From the NCBI GenBank assembly GCA_964106915.2, contig OZ066920.1: a DNA stretch of 64,000 nucleotides; one strand, 5' to 3'. Numbering within the stretch: the stretch's first letter is position 1; every line of letters begins with the position of its first letter. A model generated the notes under the pieces. It was given only the letters and a program-made list of their open reading frames with translations, was not told the DNA's origin and did not search any database. The DNA is from Podarcis gaigeae (lineage: Eukaryota). This document shows positions 40,189-54,085 of this stretch, one piece after another. The translations under genes were made by a program, and so were the position numbers.

Positions 40189-41124
40189 TGAAATGTCATT
40201 GCACTGTAATATGGGGCAGAACTTAAGAAGGAAAATAACTGATCTTGTCAATATGGTTCTGATGATAGGTAAGAAAAGATGGCATGGCAGGGACAAGGTT
40301 TCATTTCCACTGGATATTGTATTCACTTGAAAATAAAGATTTGACCTGGATGCTGATGCTGTTTATTACTATTTTTAATTCCTCATTTTTAAAGGAAATA
40401 AAAACAGTTTGCTTAAAAGAACATGCACTATCTTCCATAAGTGATCAGCCAGCTATTCTATATGCATGTATTGGGGGTGGAGGATGAAAGAAGTAAGGGT
40501 GTGTATATTAATATGTTGTTGTAAAGGTGGGTATGACTGGAGATAATTATAATCTAGACAAGTATGTAGCTTCTATCATTTTCCCAGGTCTGTAATTATC
40601 AGCCAGATAGTATATGATAAATACTACTAGATATATTACTCATCATCATGTACTTTAACAGCCATTATTCCTTCTCCCCTTTTACCACTTAAGACTGCCG
40701 GCTCTCCATCTTCAAACACTGAAGGAATTCTGGTTTTTAAATTTTAAGTTTGGCTTTGTTTGGCATAATGGAGCCATGAGGAAAGAAACATACACAGTGG
40801 TACAACGTTTCTGGGTTTTTAACATTAATTGGAACGAGGTGATGGGCAGACAAAGCTATATAAAGCCTCCATAGCCTTGCTACTGCACAAGGCAGAATAT
40901 AAGCCCACAGTGTTATATTCTCCCATTCCACCTCTCCAACTGCAACATTAAATGCTTTTCTTATCTGATGATAGGAGAAAAATGCTCAGTGTCCATTGCA
41001 CCGTTTTTTTGCTTAACAGAGTACATCACTATGGAAGCTGTGTATTGCCTTGGCAGGGACACTTTGCCACTAAGTTTCTTACCCAGAAGAAGCAAGCAAC
41101 AAACTGCAAGGCAGCCTCTATCTT

Positions 41125-41308
41125 CATAGCTCACTGGTACATTCTTTGGTGGCAAAAGGCCCCAGGTTTGACCCCTTGCACCCCCAGTCTAAAAGGATCA
41201 GGTAGCCAGTGATGTGTAAGTCCCCTGTTGGAGACATTGGAGAGCCACTGCTATTCAGAGAAGACACCACTGGTCTAGATAGTCTAACCTCAGAGCTTCC
41301 CCTGTAAG
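41125..41308 (+). mobile_element. Squam3-like SINE, degenerate
   Basis: catagctcactggta...aaggcccaggtttgacccc head and ggagagccactgc body. Confidence 0.6.
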
Positions 41309-42961
41309 AGTGCAAAAAATTCATATGGTGGTCTAGCATCCAAACTGAAGCTTTTTCTTTAAATTCTCTTCAACTATATCTTATAGTTTGAGAAAGACAA
41401 CAGGGGATTCAGAGAAAATATACTATTTTCCAGCTCCAAAAGCCTGACCCCCAAAATGCAAACTCCGTGTGGCATAAGAAAAATACCCAGTCATGTGTGA
41501 AGGAAAATACCAGGAATATGTTGTTATTATTGAGCAAACAGTTACAATAATCCACAAAAATGGAAATTCAGATTATTTCTACTGCCAATATGCTAGCAGT
41601 ATCAAAACCTTCCCAGCCAGGCTCAGTGGAGTCGGAAAGTTTGCTTGAGAACCAGATCTACAAGTTGGTGAGGTTTCTAGAGCCACTCCCTGTTGGTTAG
41701 TGGGAAACCAAAAAGAACTACCATCACCTCTAAGGAGGGCAGAGTTGAAAAGAGAAGGATGTGACACATTTACCACAGGCAACTGGTCTTTGTAATAAAG
41801 TGCTAGCAGCTTGTAATCACTTAAATAGATCAGACTGTTGCTCAGGCAGGATGAGATTAATTTTTCAGTGTATTGGAAAATGATAAGAGGAGTGCACTTA
41901 AAGAGTCTATAAAATATTATTTGGAAGAGTTGGATAAGATATGCAGAACTACTCCTTTACACCAGAGGTATCAGCAGCAGGTATGATTATTCACACGCAC
42001 ATGTACACATACAGAAAGGCGCAGACAGCCTTCCCTCCTTAGATCAGCTCAATAGGGAAGTCATTACCCCATCTACACTTACAAATGATCAACCTGACCA
42101 CCAGGGAAGGGGCAATTTATATCCCCATCAATACACTAGGCACCTCTCCCCACTCATCCCACTCTGTGTGAAGTTTCAACTTTCTTTACTTTTTCTTGCT
42201 GCTGCTGCTGCCGCCACAAAATCAGAAGGTTGGCGGCAGGAAGAAAAAATATATATGTCAGATTAAGCCCCTGATGTGCTTTACATGCACATCAACAGAG
42301 CAAGCACACTTTTCAAAAATTTGTGAAGTGAAAGTGCCAATTTGGTTTCTCAAATGCTTTCAGTGTTGAGAGTTCATTTCCAAGTCTGTGCAGCATGTTT
42401 CCCTCGCCTCAAATAGGAGACCCAAACAATGCTAAACAACAGTTCTAGGTGGCCATGTGTTCAGTCTCTCTCTTTGCTTCATGATCCCAACCATCAGCAT
42501 CAAGTAAATGCAGCAGCGAAGCAGCATAGCTAGTAAAGCTCTCTCTGGTTTTATGGTGCAACTGTGCGACAGAGGGAGAGTGAGCAAAATGGTTGCTGAT
42601 AGGGCATAATTGGTTAGAGATGCTCCATCATATGAATGGCTACCTGGAAGTAAGTACCACTGAACACAGTGGATGTTTTTATCTATTAAATGCATGTCCT
42701 GCCCTTCCTCCAGGTTATGGCAAAACATAAACAAGCATGGATAAGATGGTGCTGTTAGATTAAGTTTGCCAATGCCTGGAAGTCTCCACTGCTTCTACCT
42801 TTTTCAGTTGCAGAGAACATGTAGTGACACCATATACTTCTCTCTCTCACACATCTCTATAGCCCTTGTACACCTCTCTACACATTACGTGGAATACCTG
42901 TCACTAAGCTGGACCTAGATCAGCCAGCAATAGGGAAGTTTCTAGGGTCTGCTTCACAATA

Positions 42962-43202
42962 CAGTGGTACCTCGAGTTACAAACGCCTCAGGTCACAAAC
43001 GCTTCAGGTTACAAACTCCACTAACCTGGAAGAGTTACCTCGAGTTGAGAACTTTGCCCCAGGATGAGAACGGAAATCGTGTGCCGGCAGTGCAGCGGCA
43101 GCAAGAGGCCCCATTAGCGAAAGCACACCTCTAGTTAAGAACAGTTTCAGGTTAAGAACGGACCTCTGGAACGAATTAAGTTCGTAACTAGAGGTACCAC
43201 TG
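42962..43202 (-). mobile_element. Tigger-like MITE (second subfamily)
   Basis: TIRs plus TA TSD. Confidence 0.92.
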
Positions 43203-44707
43203 TACTGCATAAACAAAACACACTGCCATCTTGCTATCAAATGGTGGATTTGTCACTTTTCCATGGTAAAACCAGCCACCCACTAACCATCTTGTCTTAT
43301 GTCTCAAAATCAGCCCCAGGGATGCACAGTTTGGCTAGTGTGTAGCAGACATGCATTGCACTTTTCTTCTGTTCCTCCTTCTGCATCAATGTATAAATAT
43401 TGCTTTATCTGCCCCCACTGCATTGTGAATTAGATTGTGCAAGTTGGAATAATTTGTTTCTACTCCTGCAGGTGACATCATATAATGGAGTGGGCTTTTT
43501 CTTGTTCATATTTAGAACAGAGAACTGTTTTCTGAGCTGAAGTGCTGAGGAAAAAGCCAGTTAGATTTCTCTTAATGTGTGGCATTATGAGGCAGAGGAT
43601 GATACTAGCACATAGAAAATATTCAGTTCTCTGCAACTCACATGCTTTAACTTTATATATTAACGAATTGTCTGCTTTATTGTCTTTACAGTAAGGTAAC
43701 TTGAAAGCAGAGCCTTTATGCAGACCTGAAGCTGCACAGTAACAAATTACTTGCTTGGCCTCATTCTTCCCAGGAATTCACAAATATTATGTTTTTGAAA
43801 ATGGTCTAGTAATTGTCACTGCTACTGCTCCTGATAATATAAGAAAAATATTGTATAACAGTAAGTGGATTTATTAACATGACTACATAAGCTTCATACA
43901 ACATCCTACCTTTATAATAAAATCTCTAGTGAACAAATGAGTGCCATGTTTCATCTACATCAACCCGTACTTTTGTGCAACCCACACATCTGTTCAAGTA
44001 TATGCAGTACAACACTCACCACCACATATCTCTAGAGAATACTATAAATATTTTTGCTGCTACCAAATCTGTGGCTACCCTTCTAATGAAAAGGATGACA
44101 AAGTTTGCAGATCTCACAAGAGAAGGGATTGTTTCTGTATGGTCACAGTCACCTCTCTCTAACCCACAAAATAGTGAACTATGTGACCCTTATTACTTTT
44201 TTCTGATCCATGAGGATGAAAAAAGGACACTCATGAAATCTGAAGTGACACCAGCCTTAATCACACAGTCACTAGTCAATCATCAGCTAATAGGCCACAC
44301 AGCATCCACTTCTGCTGACACTTCCTTTACTTGCAGCAATCTTTGTCATGAAAAGGCACTGCATGACCTCTGTAATGAAAATGCAATTTAGATCTGTGAT
44401 TAGGCTTCGGGGAAAATCACAATGAAATGCACATATCTATGCTGTTAGCTTATCAAACAATTCATTCTAGTAATAAATGTTCCTTATAGACCTTTCTAAA
44501 AGCTGATAATATAAAGCATTCTGAACCACAAAATATAGCCAGTAAGGCAGAATTTGGTAGCTTCTTTGGAAAGAAAGAAGTGAAATCAGCAGTAGTAGAA
44601 TTGGCAGTTTCTGCACAACCCAATTTTCCTGTCTTTGAATCCCTAGCCATCTGACCCTATAGTGCAACACAGCCTTTTGTTCAAACACTACCTGGTAGTC
44701 ACAGGGG

Positions 44708-44977
44708 CAGAGCTGTAGCTAAGGGATGAAGTGGGCCCCCGCCAGGGGCGCAGACGAGAGAGGGGCACAAAATCGGCTTTAAAAATGTCCATAAATATGT
44801 CTGTAAATAAAAATATTGATTGCTGCCTCACAAGAAAAGGTTTTAAATAAAGGGTAAATTGAATGGGTGGAGGGAGGGTTGGAGGAGAGGCAGAAAGAAG
44901 AACTAATTTGTTCATGGCTAGGGGGCACAATCTGGAGGGTTCTGCCAGGGGAGCAAAATCACCTAGCTATGGCGCTG
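44708..44977. mobile_element. Non-autonomous hAT-like element (270 bp)
   Basis: Imperfect TIRs cagagctgtagcta / tagctatggcgctg. 8-bp TSD cacagggg/cacagagg. Confidence 0.7.
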
Positions 44978-45175
44978 CACAGAGGAGAAGGGATTGCCTG
45001 CAGTAAGAGAGCTGACAGAGAGGGGACAATGTACTTTATCCCTCCTTTGATCCCAGAGAAGAAACCAAGTGGGCTTGCTAGAGTGAGCTTTAGGGTGAGC
45101 TTAGTGGGTGTTTCAATTGACATCCAACTTTTAGCCAAAATACCACTGGGCTCTCCAACTGCCCAAACCACTCTA

Positions 45176-45399
45176 CAGTGGTACCTCTAGTTATGAACTT
45201 AATTCGTTCCGGAAGTCCATTCTTAACCTGAAACTGTTCTTAACTAGAGGTGTGCTTTCACTAATGGGGCCTCTTGCTGCACGATTTCTGTTCTCATTCT
45301 GGGGCTAAGTTCTCAACTCGAGGTAACTCTTCCAGGTTAGCTGAGTTTGTAACCAGAAGCATTTGTAACCTGAGGCATTTGTAACTCGAGGTACCACTG
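45176..45399 (+). mobile_element. Tigger-like MITE (second subfamily)
   Basis: TIRs plus TA TSD. Near reverse complement of 42962-43202. Confidence 0.92.
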
Positions 45400-46623
45400 T
45401 ATAAGGTTCCTGATATATAGAAAGAAATATATCGAAAATATATGTAGAAAGTTTACTGATCCAGCAAAGATTCCCAGTGAAAGGCTTTCCCCCAGCACCA
45501 TCCCCACACTGTTCCAGAGAAGGCAGAGAGGAATCTGCAAAAATCATCCCTTCTCTTCTGCCAGCAGGGACATCCCCTGAGAGTTCAAATCCAACCCAGT
45601 AACCTAAGCTTATTCTCAGATGCTTTTGGTATGTTCTCATGTTTATGCCTCACTACTGAAATCACTACTATGATGTTTATATAACCACAAAGAAAGACAG
45701 TTTTCTGTAAATCCAGCCAAGTGGGTACATGCGTTTGACAAAATTTTCACCACCAGTTGGGACTTTCAAAACAAGCAGCTTCTGTGTGATTGAAACCAGT
45801 TTTCATGGATGAAAATATGCAAGGTTTTCAGATATTCTGATCCGCTATTGCTGAGTCATTATCTCAGCTTTACTCTGGTGCATATAAAACAATTATAAAA
45901 TTCTAATGCTTCAAGCACTGCTATTGCTCCCAGGGATGGAAAGAGAAACAAACATTTTTGTGACTAGGGGAATTCCCCAGTAACTAAAGTAGAAAAATAG
46001 GAAAGGATGTTTAGCTCAAGAACCTGTAAAATATTTTCTCTTTCGTAATGGTGAGTGAATTGTTTTAAAACAAAGCTCTAAGAATAAATAATTGCTACAG
46101 TCAGTGAATGCTGCTGCAGATCTCTCGGATCGTTTCAAAAGTGGTAACATTAATACAAATAGCATTGCTACTACATCTGGCTGAATTACTAAACAAGCAA
46201 CACTTGCTGTCAAGAAAAGTACTTTCAGGTATCTGGTGCAAGTGTACAATCTGGTACTCTTACAACACAGTAGCAAGACTCCTCTTGCTTCTCACTTTCA
46301 TGAAATAAACCAGCAGTGCTGGCTGGGGCTGATGGAAGTAGTTGTCCACAACATCTGGAGTGCACCACATTGGGAAGGCTGCTATACACATGCAAGTCAA
46401 GGAATAAGCTACGTTGTGAAAGAGGTGAAGCCTGATTCAGTTCTCTACTTCCAAGTTACGAAGCTCAAAGTGAAAGCTCAAAATCAGAAGATATGGATCT
46501 TCCTGACTCAGATTCTGATTAAAGCAATAAATTTGAGTTATGTTAGTTATTTCTGAGTTATGTTATATTTGATATATAACAAATATATGTTATATTTGTT
46601 ATATTTGAGTTATGTTAGTTAGA

Positions 46624-46987
46624 GGGACACAGGTGGCGCTGTGGGTAAAAGCCTCAGCGCCTAGGACTTGCCGATTGAAAGGTCGGCGGTTCGAATCCCT
46701 GCGGCGGGGTGCGCTCCCGTCATTCGGTCCCAGCGCCTGCCAACCTAGCAGTTCGAAAGCACCCCCGGGTGCAAGTAGATAAATAGGGACCGCTTACTAG
46801 CGGGAAGGTAAACGGCGTTCCGTGTGCTGCGCTGGCTCGCCAGATGCAGCTTCATCACGCTGGCCACGTGACCCGGAAGTGTCTGCGGACAGCGCTGGCT
46901 CCCGGCCTACAGAGTGAGATGAGCGCACAACCCTAGAGTCTGTCAAGACTGGCCCGTATGGGCAGGGGTACCTTTACCTTTACCTTT
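46624..46987 (+). mobile_element. Full-length young Sauria SINE
   Basis: gggacacaggtggcgctgtgggt (A box), ggttcgaatcc (B box), CpG-rich body, (accttt)3 tail, short TSD ttagtta. Confidence 0.95.
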
Positions 46988-48322
46988 AGTTATTTCTGAG
47001 CAGCTAGTATTTGAAGGATTGAGATAGATATAAATTATAGGTTCTGCTATCAAAATTTGTATATTATAGGCGCAGATACCTAGTTTTGTATACAATTACT
47101 ATGACAGCTATAGCTCAATTTACTTGCATGTTTACTCAGAAGCAAGTTGCTCTGAACTCTGTGGAGCTTATAGCTAGGATTTGTTGAGAAAAATTTGCAG
47201 CTACTCCTTAATTGCACTATAGTGAAATTGTTTTCTGAAACCTAATTCCCTAAAAATGTTTATTCTGCATGATGATGATCTACACTCATACACAGCCAAG
47301 AGTTTGAAGGTGCCTATCTGCTCACCCCCACAAGCCCATGCATTTCCCCCTTCGGCATGGCTGTGAGACTGATTCTCATTAATCACAGTTCAACCACGTC
47401 CTAAACTTTAACACGAAATGTGCCTTGCTGGACCAGACCAAAGGCACATTATGTTGTCCCAGTAAAAGGCCAGTTGCTGATGGGAAGACTACAAGCAGGA
47501 CATGAGCACAATAGCTTTCTCATCACTTGTGATTCCCAGCAACTGGTATTCAGAGGCACATTGCCTCTGACAATGGAGGTAGAACATGGTGCTCGCACAC
47601 GTATGTTGCCCTTGATGATTTCCCTAACGTCCCATGCTTGCTACACCCTGCAGTGAGGGTGTCTACCCTTGCCTCCTCTTGAAATGTACATGAAGCAGAA
47701 GGAAGTTGGAGGAGTGATGTTCTTTCCCATTTCCTCTTTCAGTTTTTCAGTGTCCCATCAGCAGCTCAGCAGAAATGAAATGCATGAGAATGACAGATTA
47801 AAAAGAGTAGGGGAGAAGTGGAAGCATTGCACATTCAGTTCTTCTCCCCTGTTCTGCCTTGCTGCTGTCTTTCTCTCCCACATCAGTGTTAGAAGCCAAG
47901 CATAGGTTTGGGAATAACGTGCTTGTCTCACAGTATGCGAGTACATATATCTAGAATTACATAGTCTGAATTCGGTGCAAAGAATCTACGTGTCACTTGT
48001 TAAACAGCCCACTTCCCATGAGCCCCTAATCTAGGTAAGTTTCATAAGGTTATACTTTTTTTTTTTTTTAGTGTGAATGACTGTGGTGTGAAAAATGAAG
48101 TGGTGAAGGATAAACAGGGGATATGTGAGAATGAATGTTTGAAAAATAAAATGAATTGATAAATGGATGATGAAGGTGAAATGTGGAGGGCACCTGCAGA
48201 TGGATGTGTGTGAATGGAACATGGATGAATTATACGGATGTGACTTTTGTCCCACCTAGGTTTGGCTTTGTCCACACCTATTACTACCATTTCAACCCCC
48301 TCAACCCTACCCCTGAGGATTA

Positions 48323-48684
48323 GGTAAAGGTAAAGGTACCCCTGCCCGTACGGGCCAGTCTTGACAGACTCTGGGGTTGTGCGCCCATCTCACTTAAGAG
48401 GCCAGGGGCCAGCGCTGTCCGGAGACACTTCCGGGTCACGTGGCCAGCGTGACACGCTGCTCTGGCGAGCCAGAGCCACACACGGAAACGCCGTTTACCT
48501 TCCCGCTGGTAAGCGGTCCCTATTTATCTACTTGCACCTGGAGGTGCTTTCGAACTGCTAGGTTGGCAGGCGCTGGGACCGAGCAGCGGGAGCGCACCCC
48601 GCCGCAGGGATTCGAACCGCCGACCTTTCGATCGGCAAGTCCTAGGCGCTGAGGCTTTAACCCACAGCGCCACCTGCGTCCCCT
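48323..48684 (-). mobile_element. Full-length young Sauria SINE
   Basis: Reverse complement of the same subfamily as 46624. Perfect 13-bp TSD cccctgaggatta at 48310-48322 and 48685-48697. Confidence 0.95.
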
Positions 48685-51600
48685 CCCCTGAGGATTACCT
48701 ATAAGGAAATGAAGCTCCTGGACTGAAAAAGGTTTCACATCTCTATGCCATTTCAGTTTCTGTAGAAGATCAAATGCTCCTAGCATCAAAACTGAGACAC
48801 CATAACAAAACTATGACTTAGACAGAAGAAGCTAAAGTGACTTTCAAAAACATTATGCCATTGCTGTGCTTGGGCAGAGAAAGATTGTGAACTTGATAGG
48901 AGCAAAACAGTACTTTAAGCCCTTAGTCAGAAGAGATGAATGATAACTTAGCTGCTTGGGGGGGGGGGGAGAATTTAAAAGCTACGAGACTGAGTGACTA
49001 AGTGAGTAAATTAATGAACTAGAAGAGGGCCGTTCAATGCAAGAACGCAAGCTATTGGGTTCAGTTCAGATGTGGGGGGAAGGACTAGCCTATACTTAAA
49101 GCAAAAAAGTTAAATTTATTTAAATCCCAATGAGAAATAGTTAAACACACACCTTTTGCCAGCTTATGATAAATGTAAAATGGTACCTTGTGAGTATATA
49201 ATTCTGTTAGGGATGGAAGCCCAAAAAGAGAACTGATTTATGCAGTAGAGTACAGAACTGAAAGAAAGGAACATCTGAAAGAATCACAGTGAAGTAAATA
49301 GAGATGGGGCTTGCTTGTGCTGGCTTTCATAAAAAGATAATCTAAGATTCCAGCTTGAGCTGGTTTATGTGCCTAGTCTGTAAACCCAATGCACAAGATA
49401 CTTCTTAAGCACAAGTCCGCACAAGCTCTACTCAGAAACCTCCCATTATTCACATAAACTATTTGCTCGGAATGTCCTGATAAGAGAGGAATTGTAAATA
49501 TGAATGGCAGGTTATTGATGGAGAAGATGTTTGCTTTATGACCCACCTATATCTTTGTAGAGATAATACAAGACTGTAGCCTGAATGGGTCTTCATAAGA
49601 AAACACTGGTAACTTCTCACTTGATTTGCCCCAAGCTCAAACAACAGGGTAAGTTCATATCAATAACAGTTGGTAACTAAAGGGCGTCCTACAAAGTCCT
49701 ACTTAGACACACTACAGTTGATGGACTTAACTAACATTGGCCCATTAATTTCAGTGGGTCTGCTCCAAGTAGGACTTGACTATAGCTCTTGACTGTTGGA
49801 AAACAATGACAATATCCTTTAGGGATACTACACGTTGTAGTCAATCAAGTCATACTCAAAGTAGACCCACTGAAAAATCAATGGAGTTAAGTTAGTTATG
49901 ACTAACTTAAGTATTGATTTAAATGGGTCTACCCAAAGTATGACTTGGTTGAATACCACCCCCATTTGTTAAAATGCTCAAAACAACAAAACACTTTGAA
50001 ATCTTACTTGCTTTTTTACTCAACCCAGATTTTCAGCACTTAAGTAGGAGATAGAGCCACAATCTCGCAGCATGTCACAGCATACATGTGAAGGTTATCC
50101 TGCTTCCCACTCCTCCACCCCCACCGAAAATAACTACATGGTGCCTTTATCACCTCAATTATCCATATGAATCCCTTTTAGGATGCACTAGAAATTAGGT
50201 TATGTCCTCAACAATGCAACGTGAAAGGGTACATGAAAAGGTGGGGAAAGACAGTGAAGCAACAAAATCAAAGTCAATAGGACTGCATCTTGCAATGGGA
50301 GTTATATGGGGGGGAGGGGCAGTGTTAGCGCCTAAAGTCAAAATCTGCTATAGTCAAAGCATCCCCCTGGAGCTATCCGCACATGACTGATCTTACCCTC
50401 TGCAGCCAGCATGAGATCTCGGGGGACCATGAGAGATCTCACAAGATCTTACAAAGGCCTCCAGAGCCCACAAGAGAGTTTCCCAGAGCCAAATAAGCAA
50501 AGCAGTGAGATTACAAACTCTTTCCATGGCGGGAAAACCTGGTGCTCTCTGCCTTGCATGCATTTAATTTGTGCTATATCAGCTGACCGGCCACCAAACA
50601 CATAAAGCTGCGATCGCACAGATTAAATGCATACAAGTTACAATCCTACTGTGGTCTCACAAAATAGGGGAGATGCTATGCCGCACATGTCACTCTGGAG
50701 GGTAGTGGCCTGTACACAGACACTACTGTTGTGATTGGCTTTCTAGATATCCTAACTGGGAAAGGTTTGTAGTTGCTGTTATGGCTCAAAGGGTTTCAAA
50801 CATTCTTCACATTGGAGAGATTTATTATGACAACCTGTGAGCTCCCCCAATGCAAGTGACACAGATACATCGATGGAATGCAAACAATTGTTTGTCTTCT
50901 TCCTCCTGCTCCAGCTTGTTCCACCCACAGTAACCAGTAATATCAGACGTTTTTACCACCCTGCCCACTTTTTATCATATGCTGTTTGGCTATTCCCCCT
51001 CTAAGCAATGGCCAGCAGCAGCATGAAAGAAAACTCAAATATGTAACCAGCCTCTCCCTTGTGAAATAAAACAGGCGTAAAATTATACAGATACGCATCT
51101 AAGAAAAGAACTCCGTCTATCTAAAAAATGGAAGGAAAACAGATGCACAGGCCTCAAGTGACCATGTTTCTGGAATCCCAATCTTCCTAAAATGCCAAGA
51201 GAAAGCAAACACTGTAGAAGTCTTCCACTAGATTAAGAAGATCCTAATGAAAGCAAGAAATAGAACAGGCCTCTTATGCACAGCACACTTTCCATAAATG
51301 AACTAGTTGTGTTCCTCCCTCAAGGAAGTCATGGGGTCAAATATAAGCAGCATCTTCAGCCCAAAGGTGAGCACTTGTGAGGGATATATAGCACTAATAT
51401 GCAGCTTTTCAGCATTATACCTACCACATGGAATCCATGAGGAAGCATTTTTTAAGCAGTCTATATATGGTAGCCATGCAATTTAAATCAGCCATGCTCC
51501 ATTAAATCAACACAGGACATTAGGGCAATGCATTTGAAATAAAACCTGGTTTGGGGATTTTGAAAAGGGCAATTTTTGATTTTTTTTCAAAATAAATCAG

Positions 51601-52219
51601 AATTTACTACTGCCAAATGAAGTTCAATTAAAAAGCATTAAAAACTAGCACTTTCATTAATCCAAAAATAAGACTTGAAAACTGAGAAGCAGTAGAAATT
51701 ACAGGTATGGTTTGATTATTTTAAACACTTTTAAATATTTGCAAGACCTGTTGTTTGGTGGTTGATAACAGTGCTACAGTTTTTGCAATTTGTTTCTAGT
51801 GCAAATAAGACCACCATCAGAAAGATAAACTGAGCTTAAGAATTGGCATCCCAATCCTAAATGTGTAGTGCACAGCACTACGCAAGTACATTTTTCATAG
51901 AGATTCATACTGAGCTTCCTAACTGGAAATAGGGAACATGGCATTTGGTACGTCATCATCATCATCAATGGGTACCGGAAGAAAACACTTGCAACGGAAA
52001 CAGACATATAACCTCTCATCAGGCATTAAGTCATCAGTCTGGCACAGATTCCGTTTCATGTAACAGTGATAACTCATTATAATGTTCTAAACTCGTAGTC
52101 TTCAAAAATAACTCATCATATTACACAACAAAGGGAACAGTCATAGCCAAACTATCAGAAAGTATCAAAGAAAACAAACCTCAATGCGTGTGAATTACAC
52201 ATATATCTCATTTTTTATA

Positions 52220-52461
52220 CAGTGGTACCTTGGGTTAAGTACTTAATTCGTTCCGGAGGTCCGTACTTAACCTGAAACTGTTCTTAACCTGAAGCACCAC
52301 TTTAGCTAATGGGGCCTCTTGCTGCTGCTGCACTGCCGGAGCACAATTTCTGTTCTCATCCTGAAGCAAAGTTCTTAATCTGAAGCACTATTTCTGGGTT
52401 AGCGGAGTCTGTAACCTGAAGTGTATGTAACCTGAAGCGTATGTAACCCGAGGTACCACTG
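52220..52461 (+). mobile_element. Tigger-like MITE
   Basis: TIRs plus TA TSD. Nearly identical to 19078-19319. Confidence 0.92.
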
Positions 52462-52704
52462 TATTATTTTATTTTTAAAGTTATCTAAGACAGTGGGCAA
52501 ATCAGCTAGCAGCATGCAAGCAACTCCACTAAACATTGCCACTGACTTCAGTTGAACACAGATTGTACAGCAGGGTCAGCACTGAAAGTGCTACTTAGGC
52601 TTATGCAAGTAACCCAGTTATTGTACTTAATATCTCACAATCTACTTTTGAAGCTCCCCTCTTTCAAAAGCAGCTTACCAAAAGGGATGAAGCTCAGTGG
52701 GTAA

Positions 52705-52830
52705 GCTTGAGCCAGTCTCTCTTTCAGATAGCCTACCTCACAGAGTTGTTGTGAAGGTGAAATGGAGAGAAGAACCACCATGTACACCACCTTGAGCTCC
52801 TTAGAGGAAAGGTGAGATATAAATATAATA
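52705..52830 (+). mobile_element. MIR/CORE-like SINE 3' part
   Basis: cctacctcacagagttgttgtgaaggtgaaatg core end. Similar to 53935-54075. Confidence 0.65.
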
Positions 52831-52933
52831 AGTCTAAATCCCAGAGCTCACAGATGTTTTCACAGTTCTTTGGTTCCTGGCCAATGTCTTTTCAAATATA
52901 TTACCCGTTCTCAGCTCTCAGGCTCAGAATTAT

Positions 52934-53307
52934 GGGACGCCAGTGGCGCTGTGGTCTAAACCACTGAGACTATTGGACTTGCCGATCAGAATGTTGGCAG
53001 TTCGAATTCGCACAACAGGCTGAGCTCTGGTTGCTCTGTCCCAGCTCCTGCCAACCTAGCAGTTAGAAAGCATACCAGTGCAAGTATATAAATAGGCACT
53101 GCTGTGGCGGAAAGGTAAACAACATTTCCATGAGCTCTGACACTCATCACAATCCTCCATGCGCCAGTAGCAGTTTGTAATGCTGGCCACATGACCCAGA
53201 AAGCTGTCTGTGAACAAACGCCAGCTCCCTCGGCCTGAAAAATGAGATGAGCACAGCACCCCATAGTTGCCTCTGACCAGACTTATCTGTCCAGGCGTCC
53301 TTTACCT
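52934..53307 (+). mobile_element. Older full-length Sauria SINE
   Basis: gggacgccagtggcgctgtggtctaaacc head and tttaccta tail. CpGs largely decayed. Confidence 0.88.
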
Positions 53308-53419
53308 ATCTTGAACACTTTCAAAAGACCATGAAAGCTTTCCCCGCTATTTGTACATTAACTATGAAAAGGGACAGTCTTTAACTTAGTTAACCTGATG
53401 CTACTATTATATTTTAATG

Positions 53420-53575
53420 NNNNNNNNNNNNNNNNNNNNNNNNNNNNNNNNNNNNNNNNNNNNNNNNNNNNNNNNNNNNNNNNNNNNNNNNNNNNNNNNN
53501 NNNNNNNNNNNNNNNNNNNNNNNNNNNNNNNNNNNNNNNNNNNNNNNNNNNNNNNNNNNNNNNNNNNNNNNNNNN
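53420..53575. other. Assembly gap (156 N)
   Basis: Run of n characters. Confidence 1.
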
Positions 53576-53934
53576 AAATAAACATTTTACCACCTATCCC
53601 TAAGCCTGTGAACAGCTTTAAGGGATTACTTAATACTATTACTGTTATTTTTATTTTTCGGTTCCCACCCCCCTCAAAATCCACCGTACAAAGTTTTTTT
53701 TAAAAAAATGGAGGTTTTTCTCCATGAATACCCATAACAGAGCAACCAACATCCAAGTTATTAATAGGCTTCAAACTACTTGCAGATATCAGCAACTTTG
53801 TAACACAACAAAGATGCCTGTAGGACAAGGATAAAGTCTGACACACACAAATTGAGATGACTCAGGCCCTGAGCCACACTGTATGCAACAACATAAGTCA
53901 CCAACCATTTAACATTGGATGAAATTCCTTCCTG

Positions 53935-54085
53935 TCACTGGGTGACCTTGGACCAGTCACTACCTCTTGGTCTAACCTACCTCACAGGGTTGTTGTGGGG
54001 ATTAAATGAGGCGGGAGAAAGCATGTACACCACCTTGAGGTCCTTGGAGGAAAAGGTGGAATATTAGTGCAATAAAAAAATAAAA
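53935..54085 (+). mobile_element. MIR/CORE-like SINE
   Basis: gggtgaccttggaccagtcac...acctacctcacagggttgttgtggggattaaatgag matches the CORE-SINE pattern. Confidence 0.7.

Noticed and set aside
46624-46715. tRNA gene (A and B boxes, ggttcgaatcc)
   Set aside because: It is the tRNA-derived head of a Sauria SINE and continues into the SINE body and tail.
53358-53703. ORFs spanning 53358-53703
   Set aside because: They are artefacts of translating through the N gap.
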